64,000 bases of DNA, from assembly GCA_002428455.1 (NCBI GenBank), contig DIWL01000080.1, positions 34,100 through 98,099 on the forward strand, given 5' to 3'. This DNA is from Anaerolineaceae bacterium UBA6107. Lineage in GTDB: Bacteria > Chloroflexota > Anaerolineae > Anaerolineales > Anaerolineaceae. Position numbers and translations under genes: made by a program. A model generated the notes under the pieces. The model made no database searches, was not told the origin of the DNA, and saw only the letters and a list, made by a program, of their open reading frames with translations. Of the stretch, positions 44,360 to 54,613 are shown one piece after another (positions within the stretch are counted from its first letter, which is position 1; each line of letters begins with the position of its first letter).

Positions 44360-45334
44360 CGTGACAAGTAAAGACAAAAGGCTCAATCCTGCCAGTATGA
44401 TCCATTGCTTTGACAATGGACGCTGCAGCAGGGAGGGGGTTTTTATCGACACACGGTTACCGCCGGAAGGAATGGCAACCGGGCGGCTGCCGATCAATCC
44501 CTCTCGGAAATGTTCCACAGTCTCCGGCCGGTCATCGGGATGCAATGACATTCCCCACAGTATGGCATTTTCAGTTTTCATTGTGATTGCAGGATTGATC
44601 TCTCGTATTGGCTGTAGGGAGGATGGATCGATAAAACGCTGACGGGCATCTGCAGGCGGTTTTCCAGTGAGCATGTGGTACAGGGTAGCCGCAAAGGCAT
44701 AAATATCGCTGCGGGCATCCGTGTGACCGATATCGCCGCCATATTGCTCAAGTGGGGTATAGAGGGCAGTTCCCTGTCCCTGCAGGATCGTGATGGTCAC
44801 TTCGCCGGGAGCGAGTAATTTGACAAGACCAAAATCCACCAGTTTAAGCAGTCCGGAAGGAGTAATCTTCAGATTACTTGGTTTGATATCACGGTGAAGA
44901 ATGGGCGGATCCTGGCTGTGCATGTAGCTTAACGCATCAGCCAGTTGATGTGCCCAGTTGAGTACATCCTTCTCTGCGACGAAATCCCCTTTTTCCCTTT
45001 TTTCGAGCATAACGGTACGCAAATCTTTTCCGGGAACATAATCCATCACCAGGTAATCGTTTAAACCGATCGAAAAATAATCGGACACTTTCGGGAGGTT
45101 GGGGTGGTCAAGGCGGGCCAGGACAGTAGCCTCTCTTAAAAACTGCTCACGGGCTTCCTTGACCAGGTTTTGGGGCATAGTTTTGTCGTGTTCCACCTCT
45201 TTTAACGCACACTGGCGGCCTTCCAGGCGAAGGTCATCGGCCAGGTAGATGCAGCCCATTCCTCCCTGACCAATAATTTGGCCAACGCGGTAGCGTCCAC
45301 GCAGCGTATCGCCTGGTTTAAGTGGTGTAATCAT
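44348..45334 (-). CDS. Hanks-type Ser/Thr protein kinase with C-terminal TM anchor
   Basis: GQGGMGCIY..ALK, HRDIKPSNL, DFG and TPLEQ motifs. ATG 45334 (MITPLKPGDTLRGRYRV) is preferred over the track start 45442. Confidence 0.85.
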   Translation of the reverse strand: MITPLKPGDTLRGRYRVGQIIGQGGMGCIYLADDLRLEGRQCALKEVEHDKTMPQNLVKEAREQFLREATVLARLDHPNLPKVSDYFSIGLNDYLVMDYVPGKDLRTVMLEKREKGDFVAEKDVLNWAHQLADALSYMHSQDPPILHRDIKPSNLKITPSGLLKLVDFGLVKLLAPGEVTITILQGQGTALYTPLEQYGGDIGHTDARSDIYAFAATLYHMLTGKPPADARQRFIDPSSLQPIREINPAITMKTENAILWGMSLHPDDRPETVEHFREGLIGSRPVAIPSGGNRVSIKTPSLLQRPLSKQWIILAGLSLLSLLVTLLR

Positions 45335-45434
45335 GCAATTGCCTTGATGACACGAACAATCATTTTGTAAAAAATCCCATTTTGTAATATTATACTTGAT
45401 GAATATTGCTATTTTTCCAAAGGTGAGGGAAGTG

Positions 45435-46127
45435 ATGAGCAAGGCAACTGAACAGGATCACATTACAAATGAATTCCCAGTAATTGTTGCCCTGCAAGGT
45501 CCGTTGGAGGGGAGGCGGTGGATCGTAAAGGATGGTGTAGTGATCGGCAGGGATGAAGACTGTACGATCACGATCGAAGATCGCCAGGTTTCCCGACATC
45601 ATGCGCGAGTATTCCTGAAAGACGGAGTATGTTACGTGGAGGACCTGGGCAGCAAGAACGGCACCTTTTTCGCTGGTGAGACTGTTACCCAACCTACTCA
45701 TCTCAGCGATGGGGACATCATCCAGGTGGCATTGATCCAGAAATTTGCCTTTTACAGTTCTGATGCGACCATGCCCATCGACGATCTCGACCAATCCCTA
45801 TTTCGATCTGTTGGCACGTTGCAATTGGATGAAAGATCACGCAGAGTTTGGGTGAGAGGGAACGAGATCAATCCCCCGCTTTCAGCTGCTCAATTCCGCC
45901 TGCTATTCTGTCTGTATGAGCAGGTCGGAAAGGTTGTACCCAGGGAGGAGCTGATACGGAGGATTTGGGAAGAAGAGGAGTCTTCAGGGGTATCAGAGCA
46001 AGCCCTGGATGCACTCATTCGAAGGTTACGTGATCGCTTACTGGAAATGGACAATACCCATCGGTTCATCGTGACCGTCCGCGGTCACGGCACACGGTTG
46101 GATAATCCGCCGTTTCATGACAGTTAA
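45435..46127 (+). CDS. FHA domain protein fused to an OmpR/PhoB-type winged-helix DNA-binding domain
   Basis: FHA: VVIGRDEDCTITIEDRQVSRHHARV..VEDLGSKNGTF. Trans_reg_C-like C-terminus: LSAAQFRLLFCLYEQVGKVVPREELIRRIW..ALDALIRRLRDRL..IVTVRGHGTRL. ATG 45435 is preferred (GAGGGA upstream). Confidence 0.8.
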   Translation: MSKATEQDHITNEFPVIVALQGPLEGRRWIVKDGVVIGRDEDCTITIEDRQVSRHHARVFLKDGVCYVEDLGSKNGTFFAGETVTQPTHLSDGDIIQVALIQKFAFYSSDATMPIDDLDQSLFRSVGTLQLDERSRRVWVRGNEINPPLSAAQFRLLFCLYEQVGKVVPREELIRRIWEEEESSGVSEQALDALIRRLRDRLLEMDNTHRFIVTVRGHGTRLDNPPFHDS

Positions 46128-46129
46128 AT

Positions 46130-46160
46130 AAAATAACGGTTCTGGTAAAACCGTTATTTT
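46130..46160. terminator. bidirectional terminator between convergent genes
   Basis: 12-bp perfect stem AAAATAACGGTT / AACCGTTATTTT with a 7-nt loop. Confidence 0.7.
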
Positions 46161-46180
46161 GTAAATTGGTGTCTGAAGGA

Positions 46181-47533
46181 TTATGCGTTCAGATTCTTTT
46201 CCATATTTTGACGTAGTGCCATCCGGTATATTGAGCGCAGTGCTTCGATAAGTTCCGGCGATTGCTTTCGCGATTCTCCTTCGGTGATGATGGCATTGAT
46301 TGTTTGCAGGAACTGTTCATTCACTTGGTCCGGGTTGTCACTCAATAACTGCTTGCGCTGCGCATCATCACCGGCTTCCAACAGGGATTGGATGAACTCA
46401 ACCTCAGGGGGAGGCGCTGATAATTTATCGAGAACCGCGGCCACTTTTTGGACCTTTTCAATACGGGTGAGATCGTTATTCTCCCGGGCTTTTTCGAACT
46501 CCACCTGCACAGCCTGAGAGAAGTATTCGTCAATTTCCGCAGCGTGTTTTTCTATGGCTTGCTCGGTATTTTCTTCTGCAATTATTTTATCCAGCAGTGC
46601 AACAGCCTTACCCAGTCTTTCCTTCATTTCGGCATCGATCTTACGGGTCAGATCGAGTAGCTTGGCACGTAAATCAACCAGTGCTTGTTTTGATTCCCCG
46701 TCAGTTTTTTCGATCCTTTCGCTAATCACCTGGAAGAACTGGTAATCCAGTCCGTTGCGGGTGAGGCTGACCAATGTGGTCAGGCTGGAATCCGATTTGA
46801 CAGATGAAAGGATATCGAGCAGTTTTTCACGAGTCAATCCTTCTTTGTTGGCTTGCTCCAGCTCTTTTAGCGCAGCTTGTGTTTCCTGGCTATCTGCCAG
46901 AAGTTTGCGACCGAATTCTGTTTCGCGCAGCATATCGGATTGGAGTTGAGCGAGGGTTTTTGCGCCTTCTTCATCACCTTGCATGGCAGTGGATTGGATC
47001 AAAGTGGAGAGCAGGGTAAAGGTTTCACCGTCGATCAGGTCAGCTTCCTGGTGGATAACCGTGACGCGATCTTCGGGGTTGGCAATGGTTAATAAACGCT
47101 GCAATACGTTGATCCTTTTCTGCTGTGCTTCGATCATTTCCTTGGTGATCCCATCAGCCTCCAGAACCTTGTCGATAAGGGTCTGAAAGGTGAACATTGT
47201 GCTTGGTTGGAAGAGGTATCCCCTCCGCTTTTCTGCCGGTAGCGCATTGACGATCTGGTTGATCAAAGGTCCGATCTGTTTCTCCTGTTCGTTGATCGGT
47301 AAACCCAGTTCCGGGGGAAAATAGGTGAGCAGCAATTCTTTCTCGGGATCGTGGTACACAACCGGCGAACTGATCAATCCCTCGTAACCACAGGACTGGC
47401 ACCTGGCAGTGTTGCCAGCACGACTCAACAGCTTCTGTTTGGCGGTTGGATCAGTTGTCATGTCAAAGAGGATTTGAACATCAGTCACGATAGGTTGTTT
47501 GCAGCGTGGACACACGGTTTGAATTCTTGGCAT
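46181..47533 (-). CDS. CpXC-domain protein with long alpha-helical C-terminal region
   Basis: 450 aa. N-terminal CPRCKQP...CQSCGYEG double CxxC (CpXC-like). The remainder is E/L/K/Q-rich and helical. Confidence 0.55.
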   Translation of the reverse strand: MPRIQTVCPRCKQPIVTDVQILFDMTTDPTAKQKLLSRAGNTARCQSCGYEGLISSPVVYHDPEKELLLTYFPPELGLPINEQEKQIGPLINQIVNALPAEKRRGYLFQPSTMFTFQTLIDKVLEADGITKEMIEAQQKRINVLQRLLTIANPEDRVTVIHQEADLIDGETFTLLSTLIQSTAMQGDEEGAKTLAQLQSDMLRETEFGRKLLADSQETQAALKELEQANKEGLTREKLLDILSSVKSDSSLTTLVSLTRNGLDYQFFQVISERIEKTDGESKQALVDLRAKLLDLTRKIDAEMKERLGKAVALLDKIIAEENTEQAIEKHAAEIDEYFSQAVQVEFEKARENNDLTRIEKVQKVAAVLDKLSAPPPEVEFIQSLLEAGDDAQRKQLLSDNPDQVNEQFLQTINAIITEGESRKQSPELIEALRSIYRMALRQNMEKNLNA

Positions 47534-47612
47534 GGTTTCACTCTCAGATTTTAAATTTTAACAGGGTGATTATACCATCCAGCACCCAGTCGATTTTTGA
47601 AAAATTTGTTGT

Positions 47613-49169
47613 TCAATCCACTGTGGTCATCGGCAGGCAAAAACAGATGCGGGTGCCTTTACTGTGATCTGAATCAATCCAGATCCTTCCTCCGTGGGAC
47701 TGGACAATGGATTTCGCCAGAAATAATCCGAGTCCAGCCCCTTTTGTCTGGCGGGTCGCATTGGGAGACCGATAGAAACGATCAAAGATGTACGGCGCGT
47801 CATTTGGATCGATACCCGGACCGTCATCGCTTACGCACACGATGAGGTTTTCTCCTCTGCATACAGCCTTGATGCGAATCTCACCATCCGGTGAGTATTT
47901 GATCGAATTGGAAACAAGGTTGGTGATCACCTGGTTGATGCGGGTGTCATCCGCCATGATGATCGGCAGGGGTTGCGGAATATCCACAATAATTCTGTGC
48001 CCGCTAGTCTGGGTTTGCATTCTTTCCGCCACGTGCTGGATGATATCCGCAATTTGCGTGTCATTACGCTTGAGGCTGAAACCCTCAGCTTGCAGCCGGG
48101 TTACATCGAGTAGATTCTCTATATACTCACTGAGACGATCAGCTTCCTCCTCGATAACTTGAAGGCTTTCATTAACCACGTCCTTATCCCAACGGGCATC
48201 ATCGCGGCGCAACGTGCCGGCATATCCCTTGATCAAAGCGACCGGTGTTTTTAGTTCATGGCTGATCACCGAAATGAATGTCGCTTTCAGCTCGTCCGCT
48301 TGCCTGAAGCGCGTGATATCCCGGATTGTGGTTATGATGTTGACCAGCTTGCCTTCCTGTGAGATCAACGGGGCGTAGGTAATGCCCACCGGAATTGGAA
48401 TGGGGTTATCCTTCCTTTTGAGATCTCCTTCAACGTATAGAGATGCGTGAGGTGTAAGTGGCCAACCGTCGGCGATCGCTTCAGACAGGGTCATGCCATG
48501 GGGGGGCTTTTCCCATTGTATGATCTCATCATGTGCTTTTCCGATAAGGGATTTGGAAGGTTCTCCATAAATGAATGAGAACGATTTATTGGCGCTTTCA
48601 ATATGCAGATCCTGGGTGAGGATCAGAATACCATCGGCGGCAGAATCGAGAAGACCGGTTACCCTACGTCGGTCATTTTCCACCTGGGTGTACAGCTGTG
48701 CGTTTTGAACAGCAATTGCTGCCTGGTCAGCAAAACTGGACAGCAGGGTACGGTCATTCGTGGAAAAAGCGGCAAATTCACGGAAGACGAAGATCACTCC
48801 CAGGATACGCTGACCGGTGATGAGTGGAAGCCCTACACTGCTCAGGCGGCCCATCGTGATCGCCTGGGTGTAGCTGCCCAGCAACCGGTTGATCTCTTTC
48901 AATTCAGAATCTTCAGGGTCCTGTTCCTCGGTTATCTGGGCAAATTGAGGTTCAAGGAAGTGCAAAAAAGCAGGGGGCAAGCCAGAGGAAACCCTGATCT
49001 GCCACCCCTCTGAGTTTCGTAGTGCGATCAATCCAGCCTGACCGGCGAGCATTTCCAGAGAGATTTGCAGGATCCTCTCCAGCAGTTTGTCGAGGTCCAG
49101 TTCCTGTGAGATGGCACGGGAGATCTCCAGTAAGTAATCACGTTGGCGAACACGAAAATCAGGCAGCAT
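47613..49169 (-). CDS. cytoplasmic sensor histidine kinase (GAF-PAS-HisKA-HATPase_c)
   Basis: 518 aa. H-box SHELKTPV, N-box LVSNSIKYS, G-boxes DDGPGI and GAGLGL. No TM segments. Confidence 0.85.
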   Translation of the reverse strand: MLPDFRVRQRDYLLEISRAISQELDLDKLLERILQISLEMLAGQAGLIALRNSEGWQIRVSSGLPPAFLHFLEPQFAQITEEQDPEDSELKEINRLLGSYTQAITMGRLSSVGLPLITGQRILGVIFVFREFAAFSTNDRTLLSSFADQAAIAVQNAQLYTQVENDRRRVTGLLDSAADGILILTQDLHIESANKSFSFIYGEPSKSLIGKAHDEIIQWEKPPHGMTLSEAIADGWPLTPHASLYVEGDLKRKDNPIPIPVGITYAPLISQEGKLVNIITTIRDITRFRQADELKATFISVISHELKTPVALIKGYAGTLRRDDARWDKDVVNESLQVIEEEADRLSEYIENLLDVTRLQAEGFSLKRNDTQIADIIQHVAERMQTQTSGHRIIVDIPQPLPIIMADDTRINQVITNLVSNSIKYSPDGEIRIKAVCRGENLIVCVSDDGPGIDPNDAPYIFDRFYRSPNATRQTKGAGLGLFLAKSIVQSHGGRIWIDSDHSKGTRICFCLPMTTVD

Positions 49170-49213
49170 TTTCTATCTCACAGGTTGTCAAGCGATTCAT
49201 CATTCAAAAAGAA

Positions 49214-50533
49214 TTAGCCGGCTTTTTCCGCCAGGGTGACCGCTTCCTCAAAGATTGCCAAGCCTTCGTCTATTTCCTCCGCGGTGATGCAAAGCGGCGG
49301 TGAGACGCGAATGGTGCTGGTCCCACAACCCAACGTGAGCAGTCCGCGCTCAAATGCAAGGTCCACCACTTTATCGCGTAATTTTTCTCCCGGTTCACGG
49401 GTTTCACGGTTATTTACAAACTCAATTCCGATCATTAACCCGATACCGCGGACAACACCAATGGACGGGTGGCGGGATTGCATTTCACTTAACTTTTGCA
49501 GGCAATAGCTGCCAACCCTGCCTGCATTCCCCATAAATTCGTTTTCGACAAGCTTCAGCGTTTCCAGTGCAGCAACACAGGCGAGGGGATTGCCGCCGAA
49601 TGTGTTTCCATGTGCGCCTTTCTTCCATGTGGTAATGCTCTTTCGCGCGATCATCGCTCCAAATGGCACACCTGAAGCAATTCCTTTCGCTGTTGTGACA
49701 ATATCCGGTTCGACGCCGAAGTTCTCTATTGCCCACCACTTACCGGTGCGGCCTACACCTGATTGCACTTCATCTGCAATCAAAAGGATTCCGTGCCGGG
49801 TGCACATTTCACGTAAGCGTGGAAGGAAATTAGCCGGTGGTACCACGTAACCACCCTCACCCTGGATCGGTTCAATGATGATGCCTGCCACATCCTGCGG
49901 GGGTACAAGATGCGCAAAGATATTCTCCTCCAGGTAACGAATGACAGCGTCACCAGTGTCTTCACCAGGGAGCATATTCAAAACCGGGCGATAAGGGTCA
50001 GGATAAGGTATGTGAGTTACTCCGTTCATCAACGGATAAAAACCGCGGTGATAATGCGGTTTTGATGCTGTAAGAGTGACCGATCCGTGCGTGCGACCGT
50101 GAAAACCGCCTAAAAATCCGATGAACTGAGTACGCCCGGTGTGATAACGCGCCAGTTTTAACGCGGATTCAACGCTTTCAGTACCGGAATTTGTTACAAA
50201 AATAACCGCGTCCTCTTCAAAAGGTGCGATCCGGTTGAGATACTCAGAAAGTTCGATCCATTTTGGATGATAAAAATCTGAGGAAATGTGAATAAATTTT
50301 TCTGCCTGCTCCTGGATCGCCTTGACAACAGCGGGGTGGCTGTGACCGGTGGAATTTACGGCGATGCCTGCGGCAAAATCAAGAAACTTGTTACCGTCCA
50401 CATCCCAAACATAGACCCCTTTTCCGTGATCCATGACAAATGGATAACCTCTAGGGTATGACGGTGAGACCACTTTGTGATCACGCTCGATGAGACTGCT
50501 TGCATTAGGTCCGGGTAAGTTGCGTGGTTCCAA
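49214..50533 (-). CDS. class-III (omega) aminotransferase, GabT/ArgD-like
   Basis: 439 aa, TTG start behind AGGAGG. GHSHP, DEVQSGVGRTG and TTAKGIASG (PLP lysine) motifs. Confidence 0.85.
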   Translation of the reverse strand: MEPRNLPGPNASSLIERDHKVVSPSYPRGYPFVMDHGKGVYVWDVDGNKFLDFAAGIAVNSTGHSHPAVVKAIQEQAEKFIHISSDFYHPKWIELSEYLNRIAPFEEDAVIFVTNSGTESVESALKLARYHTGRTQFIGFLGGFHGRTHGSVTLTASKPHYHRGFYPLMNGVTHIPYPDPYRPVLNMLPGEDTGDAVIRYLEENIFAHLVPPQDVAGIIIEPIQGEGGYVVPPANFLPRLREMCTRHGILLIADEVQSGVGRTGKWWAIENFGVEPDIVTTAKGIASGVPFGAMIARKSITTWKKGAHGNTFGGNPLACVAALETLKLVENEFMGNAGRVGSYCLQKLSEMQSRHPSIGVVRGIGLMIGIEFVNNRETREPGEKLRDKVVDLAFERGLLTLGCGTSTIRVSPPLCITAEEIDEGLAIFEEAVTLAEKAG

Positions 50534-50696
50534 TCGATCCTCCTGAAGTAGATGATGGTTTCGGTTTTATAGCAGGTCAACCGGGGTGTTTTTTGCTATT
50601 ACGCGTACTTTCCTCATTATATCATGGAGGATTTTTGCGTTGATCGCTACGGCTACAAGGGCGGGGACGTGTTCACCCTGCATGCAAGTCGATTCG

Positions 50697-50725
50697 TTGA
50701 CGATGCAAATAAACCCTGCTATGAT
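50697..50725 (+). promoter_or_regulatory. sigma-70 type promoter immediately upstream of the yvcK-like gene (possibly leaderless mRNA)
   Basis: TTGACG (50697-50702), 17-nt spacer, TATGAT (50720-50725). The ATG at 50734 is only 8 nt after the -10. Confidence 0.4.
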
Positions 50726-50733
50726 AATAAAAT

Positions 50734-52086
50734 ATGGTCTCCAAGAGAACACGAAATTTTCGCAGATTATTACAATCAGCGATCCTCAAACTGCGCTGGT
50801 TGCTGCCTGGCATTGGTGTAAAACGCTGGGTTTTGGTTATCCTCATCGGCACCACCATTCTTGGATTAGGACTGACTGTATTTCTGCTGGACGTTTATCA
50901 CACGGTGCCAGAAGGCTGGTGGATCCCGTTCATTAAGGTGGTAGCGCTTCAATTTGTGACCAATCGTGTGTTGCGCGCCTTAATATTTGGTCTCATCGGA
51001 ATCGCACTAATCATCGTAGGCATTATTGGATTGAACCGTGCACTGCTAAGGCCTTTCCTTCGTCCGGGTAAGGACGTGATCGATACGGTGGCAGAATACA
51101 GGCGTAAAGACAAAGGTCCGCGCATTGTGGTGATCGGCGGTGGCACGGGGTTGACCTCCATCCTGCGAGGATTGAAGGCTTATTCCAGGAACATAACAGC
51201 GGTTGTAACAGTTGCTGATGACGGAGGATCTTCCGGTGAGATCCGGAAGACTGTCGGCATCCTCCCTCCCGGCGACCTGCGCAACTGCCTTGCAGCCTTA
51301 TCTGACGATGAAGAGATGATTACCCAGATCTTCCAATACCGCTTTGCCGAGAGCGCTGGGTTGGGGGGTCATTCACTGGGCAACCTGTTGATCACCGCCT
51401 TGACGGAGATCACCGGCAGTTTTGAATCCGCCATCGCCGAATCGGCGCGCGTGCTTTCGGTGCAGGGGAATGTTTTCCCCTCCACGTTGAAGAATATCAA
51501 CCTGGTGGCTGAAGTGGAATTGCCGGAACGTAAGGTAACGATCAATGTTAAGGGGGAAAGCGAGATCAGCAAGATGGGAGGAAAGGTGCATCGTGTGTGG
51601 CTGGACCCTGCCAATCCGGCGGCGTTCCCGCCGACAATACAAGCTATTCTGAACGCTGACCTCATCCTGGTAGGTCCGGGCAGCCTATACACCAGCCTGA
51701 TTGCCAACCTGCTTGTTCCTGACCTGGTGGATGCCATCCGAGCGAGCCGGGCGTATAAATTCTACATTTGTAACATCGCCACGCAGAGGGGTGAGACGGA
51801 TGGTTACAATTGCGAGGATCACATCAGGACGATTGAACGGCATGCCGGTTCACGCTTATTTGACATGGTAGTTGCCAACAACCGCTATGACGGAAATATG
51901 CCGAATGGCGTTGATTGGGTGAAAGTGGAAGAAGTGGACAAACATTACCAGGTTTATGCAGCAGACCTGATTGATAAAGAAAACCCCTGGCGGCATAACT
52001 CAGCAAAAGTTGCGAAAACGATCATTGACCTCTACATGGAACGCACTGGCCCTTTGAACACCAGGGACATAGGATCCACAATTTAA
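50734..52086 (+). CDS. YvcK/CofD-family (UPF0052, gluconeogenesis factor-like) protein with N-terminal TM extension
   Basis: 450 aa. Two or three N-terminal TM helices, then IVVIGGGTGL, ADDGGSSG and VGPGSLYTSL, typical of YvcK/CofD. Confidence 0.8.
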   Translation: MVSKRTRNFRRLLQSAILKLRWLLPGIGVKRWVLVILIGTTILGLGLTVFLLDVYHTVPEGWWIPFIKVVALQFVTNRVLRALIFGLIGIALIIVGIIGLNRALLRPFLRPGKDVIDTVAEYRRKDKGPRIVVIGGGTGLTSILRGLKAYSRNITAVVTVADDGGSSGEIRKTVGILPPGDLRNCLAALSDDEEMITQIFQYRFAESAGLGGHSLGNLLITALTEITGSFESAIAESARVLSVQGNVFPSTLKNINLVAEVELPERKVTINVKGESEISKMGGKVHRVWLDPANPAAFPPTIQAILNADLILVGPGSLYTSLIANLLVPDLVDAIRASRAYKFYICNIATQRGETDGYNCEDHIRTIERHAGSRLFDMVVANNRYDGNMPNGVDWVKVEEVDKHYQVYAADLIDKENPWRHNSAKVAKTIIDLYMERTGPLNTRDIGSTI

Positions 52087-52144
52087 CCATTGTCTGTACA
52101 AACAGTAATGGTAAAATTTATGGATATTCGAATGGAGGTTAGTT

Positions 52145-53197
52145 ATGGCAATTAAAGTTGGAATTAACGGATTCGGCCGAATCGGTCGGCAGGTGTTGAA
52201 GGCCATCAATGAGCATCATGGGATTGAACTTGAAGTCGTCGCAGTCAACGATCTCTTTGACACTAAAACCAATGCGCACCTGTTCAAGTACGACTCAAAC
52301 TATGGGATCGTGCCCGGGCAGGTGGAAGCCAGAGATAACGAACTGATCATTGACGGCAAATCGATCAAAGTATTTGCTGAAAAAGATCCGGCGCTGTTGC
52401 CCTGGAAGGCCCTCGGTGTGGATATCGTCATTGAATCCACCGGCGTTTTCACCGATGCCATTGGTGACCCTGCCAAGGGGAAAGCCGGCGCACGGGTTCA
52501 CATTGATAAAGGCGGCGCAAAAAAGGTGATCATCACCGCACCGGCCAAGAATGAGGACATTACCCTGGTATTGGGCGTCAACGATGACAAGTACGATGGT
52601 ACGATCCACCATGTCATTTCAAACGCCTCTTGCACCACCAACTGTCTGGCTCCCGCAGCCAAGGTCGTTCACGACAATTTCGGCATTGTGCACGGCATGA
52701 TGACCACCATCCACTCTTACACCAACGATCAGGTTATTCTCGATCAGGGTCACAAGAAGGAAATGCGCCGCTCCCGCGCTGCCGGTTTGAACATCATCCC
52801 CACAACAACCGGGGCTGCCAAAGCGCTGGCGCTGGTCATTCCGGAGCTTAAGGGCAAGTTTGATGGCTATTCACTACGCGTGCCAACGCCCACAGTCTCC
52901 ATCGTCGATTTTGTTGCAGTCGTTGAAAAGACTCTTACCAAGGATGATTTAAATAACGCTTTTATCGAAGCGGCGAATGGCAAGCTCAAGGGAATCCTTG
53001 GGTTCACCACCGGTCAATACGGTGATCCTTTAGTTTCGATGGATTTCAAGGGTGACTCACGCTCCTCCATTGTTGATCTGCCGACCAATATGGTCATGGG
53101 TGGTAATATGATCAAGGTAGTTGCCTGGTATGACAATGAATGGGGTTACTCCTGCCGCACAGCTGACCTGGCGGCGATGATGGGGAAGAACCTCTAA
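52145..53197 (+). CDS. gap: glyceraldehyde-3-phosphate dehydrogenase, type I
   Basis: 350 aa. INGFGRIGR Rossmann motif and catalytic [12 protein letters not shown]. Confidence 0.95.
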   Translation: MAIKVGINGFGRIGRQVLKAINEHHGIELEVVAVNDLFDTKTNAHLFKYDSNYGIVPGQVEARDNELIIDGKSIKVFAEKDPALLPWKALGVDIVIESTGVFTDAIGDPAKGKAGARVHIDKGGAKKVIITAPAKNEDITLVLGVNDDKYDGTIHHVISNASCTTNCLAPAAKVVHDNFGIVHGMMTTIHSYTNDQVILDQGHKKEMRRSRAAGLNIIPTTTGAAKALALVIPELKGKFDGYSLRVPTPTVSIVDFVAVVEKTLTKDDLNNAFIEAANGKLKGILGFTTGQYGDPLVSMDFKGDSRSSIVDLPTNMVMGGNMIKVVAWYDNEWGYSCRTADLAAMMGKNL

Positions 53198-53239
53198 TTT
53201 ACCACCGGGTTCAGTACCCAGGAGTTTATTGAAAATCAC

Positions 53240-53275
53240 GATGCGCAACCCTGTAAACAAGAACGGTTGCGCATC
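53240..53275 (+). other. 11-bp perfect-stem hairpin in the gap-pgk intergenic region
   Basis: GATGCGCAACC (53240-50) / GGTTGCGCATC (53265-75), 14-nt loop, weak downstream T-tract (AATTTAT). Confidence 0.4.
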
Positions 53276-53298
53276 AATTTATCTCAGGAGGATGCAGC

Positions 53299-54474
53299 AT
53301 GTTTAATAAAAAGACGATTCGTGATATTGATGTGAATGGAAAAAAGGTCCTGGTACGTGTGGATTTCAATGTCCCGCTGAAGGATGGAGTCGTGGGGGAT
53401 GACACACGCATTCGCGCTGCCTTGCCAACCATCCAATACTTGCTGGATAACGGCGCTGCTGTGATCCTGTGTTCGCATCTCGGGCGTCCCAAGGGTGGAC
53501 CTGATCCAAAGTACTCCCTCAAGCCGGTTGCGGAACACCTGGCAGGCTTGTTGAAAAAAACTGTAAAGTTTGCTCCCGACTGTATTGGACCGGAAGCTGA
53601 AGCGGTTGCTGGACCGTTACAGGCAGGTGAGGTTCTGGTGCTGGAAAACACCCGTTTCCATCCTGAAGAAGAGCAGAACGGTATGGAGATGGCTGCCCAA
53701 TTAGCCAGCCTGGCAGACCTTTTCGTGAATGATGCATTTGGTACTGCCCACCGTGCCCATGCCTCAACCGAAGGCGTAACCCACTTCAAACCGGGTGTGG
53801 CAGGCTTTCTGCTGGAAAAAGAGATCAAATATCTTGGCCAGGCAGTTACGGATCCCGGGCGGCCATTTGTGGCGATCCTTGGCGGGGCTAAGATCAGTGA
53901 CAAAATCGGCGTTATCAATAATCTATTGACAAAAGCGGATGCCGTACTGATTGGCGGCGGGATGGCGAACACCTTCCTCAAGGCTCAAGGTTATTTCATG
54001 GCTGATTCTCTGGTGGAAGATGACGCAGTGCCTGTAGCCAGGGAATTGCTGGATAAATCCACCGGAAAATTGCACCTGCCTGTGGACATGGTATTGGCAG
54101 ATCGGTTTGATGCCGAAGCTGCCAGCCGCACAGAGGTGGTGGGTAACGTACCGGAAGGTTGGCGCATCCTGGACATTGGACCTGAGACGGTCAAGGCGTT
54201 TAGGGCGGTTATCAGCGAAGCCGCCACAGTTGTTTGGAACGGACCGATGGGTGTGTTTGAATTTCCTCAATTTGCCAAAGGCACTTTCGGTGTTGCCCAG
54301 GCGGTTGCGGATAGCAAGGCGGTGAGCATCATCGGTGGCGGTGAGTCAGTTGCCGCCATTCAACAATCCGGATTGGCTGATCAGATCACGCACATTTCCA
54401 CTGGCGGTGGCGCATCACTTGAAATGCTGGAAGGTTTGGAATTACCTGGTGTTGCGGCTTTGCAGGATAATTAG
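53299..54474 (+). CDS. pgk: phosphoglycerate kinase
   Basis: 391 aa. RVDFNVP, CSHLGRP and [11 protein letters not shown] motifs. Confidence 0.95.
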   Translation: MFNKKTIRDIDVNGKKVLVRVDFNVPLKDGVVGDDTRIRAALPTIQYLLDNGAAVILCSHLGRPKGGPDPKYSLKPVAEHLAGLLKKTVKFAPDCIGPEAEAVAGPLQAGEVLVLENTRFHPEEEQNGMEMAAQLASLADLFVNDAFGTAHRAHASTEGVTHFKPGVAGFLLEKEIKYLGQAVTDPGRPFVAILGGAKISDKIGVINNLLTKADAVLIGGGMANTFLKAQGYFMADSLVEDDAVPVARELLDKSTGKLHLPVDMVLADRFDAEAASRTEVVGNVPEGWRILDIGPETVKAFRAVISEAATVVWNGPMGVFEFPQFAKGTFGVAQAVADSKAVSIIGGGESVAAIQQSGLADQITHISTGGGASLEMLEGLELPGVAALQDN

Positions 54475-54514
54475 TCCAAAACATTAGTCCAAAACATTTA
54501 GTCCAAAAAAACAT
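54472..54514. repeat. three tandem copies of TAGTCCAAAACAT (third copy has extra A residues)
   Basis: Copies at 54472-84, 54485-97 and 54499-514. The first copy begins with the pgk TAG stop. The array ends 1 nt before the putative rpsT -35. Confidence 0.85.
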
Positions 54515-54515
54515 C

Positions 54516-54544
54516 TGGACAGAAGAAAGAGGTTAAGGTAGAAT
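54516..54544 (+). promoter_or_regulatory. candidate rpsT promoter
   Basis: TGGACA (54516-21), 17-nt spacer, TAGAAT (54539-44). Confidence 0.4.
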
Positions 54545-54613
54545 TCTTCCGCCACCTGAAACAGTGCTTACCCTCGACCCTCGCACTGACAGTTGTTTTT
54601 AGGAGAAATTGAG

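Noticed and set aside
53274-53981. 235-aa minus-strand ORF
   Set aside because: It is antisense to pgk, whose identity is unambiguous, and has no recognisable motifs. It is a shadow ORF.
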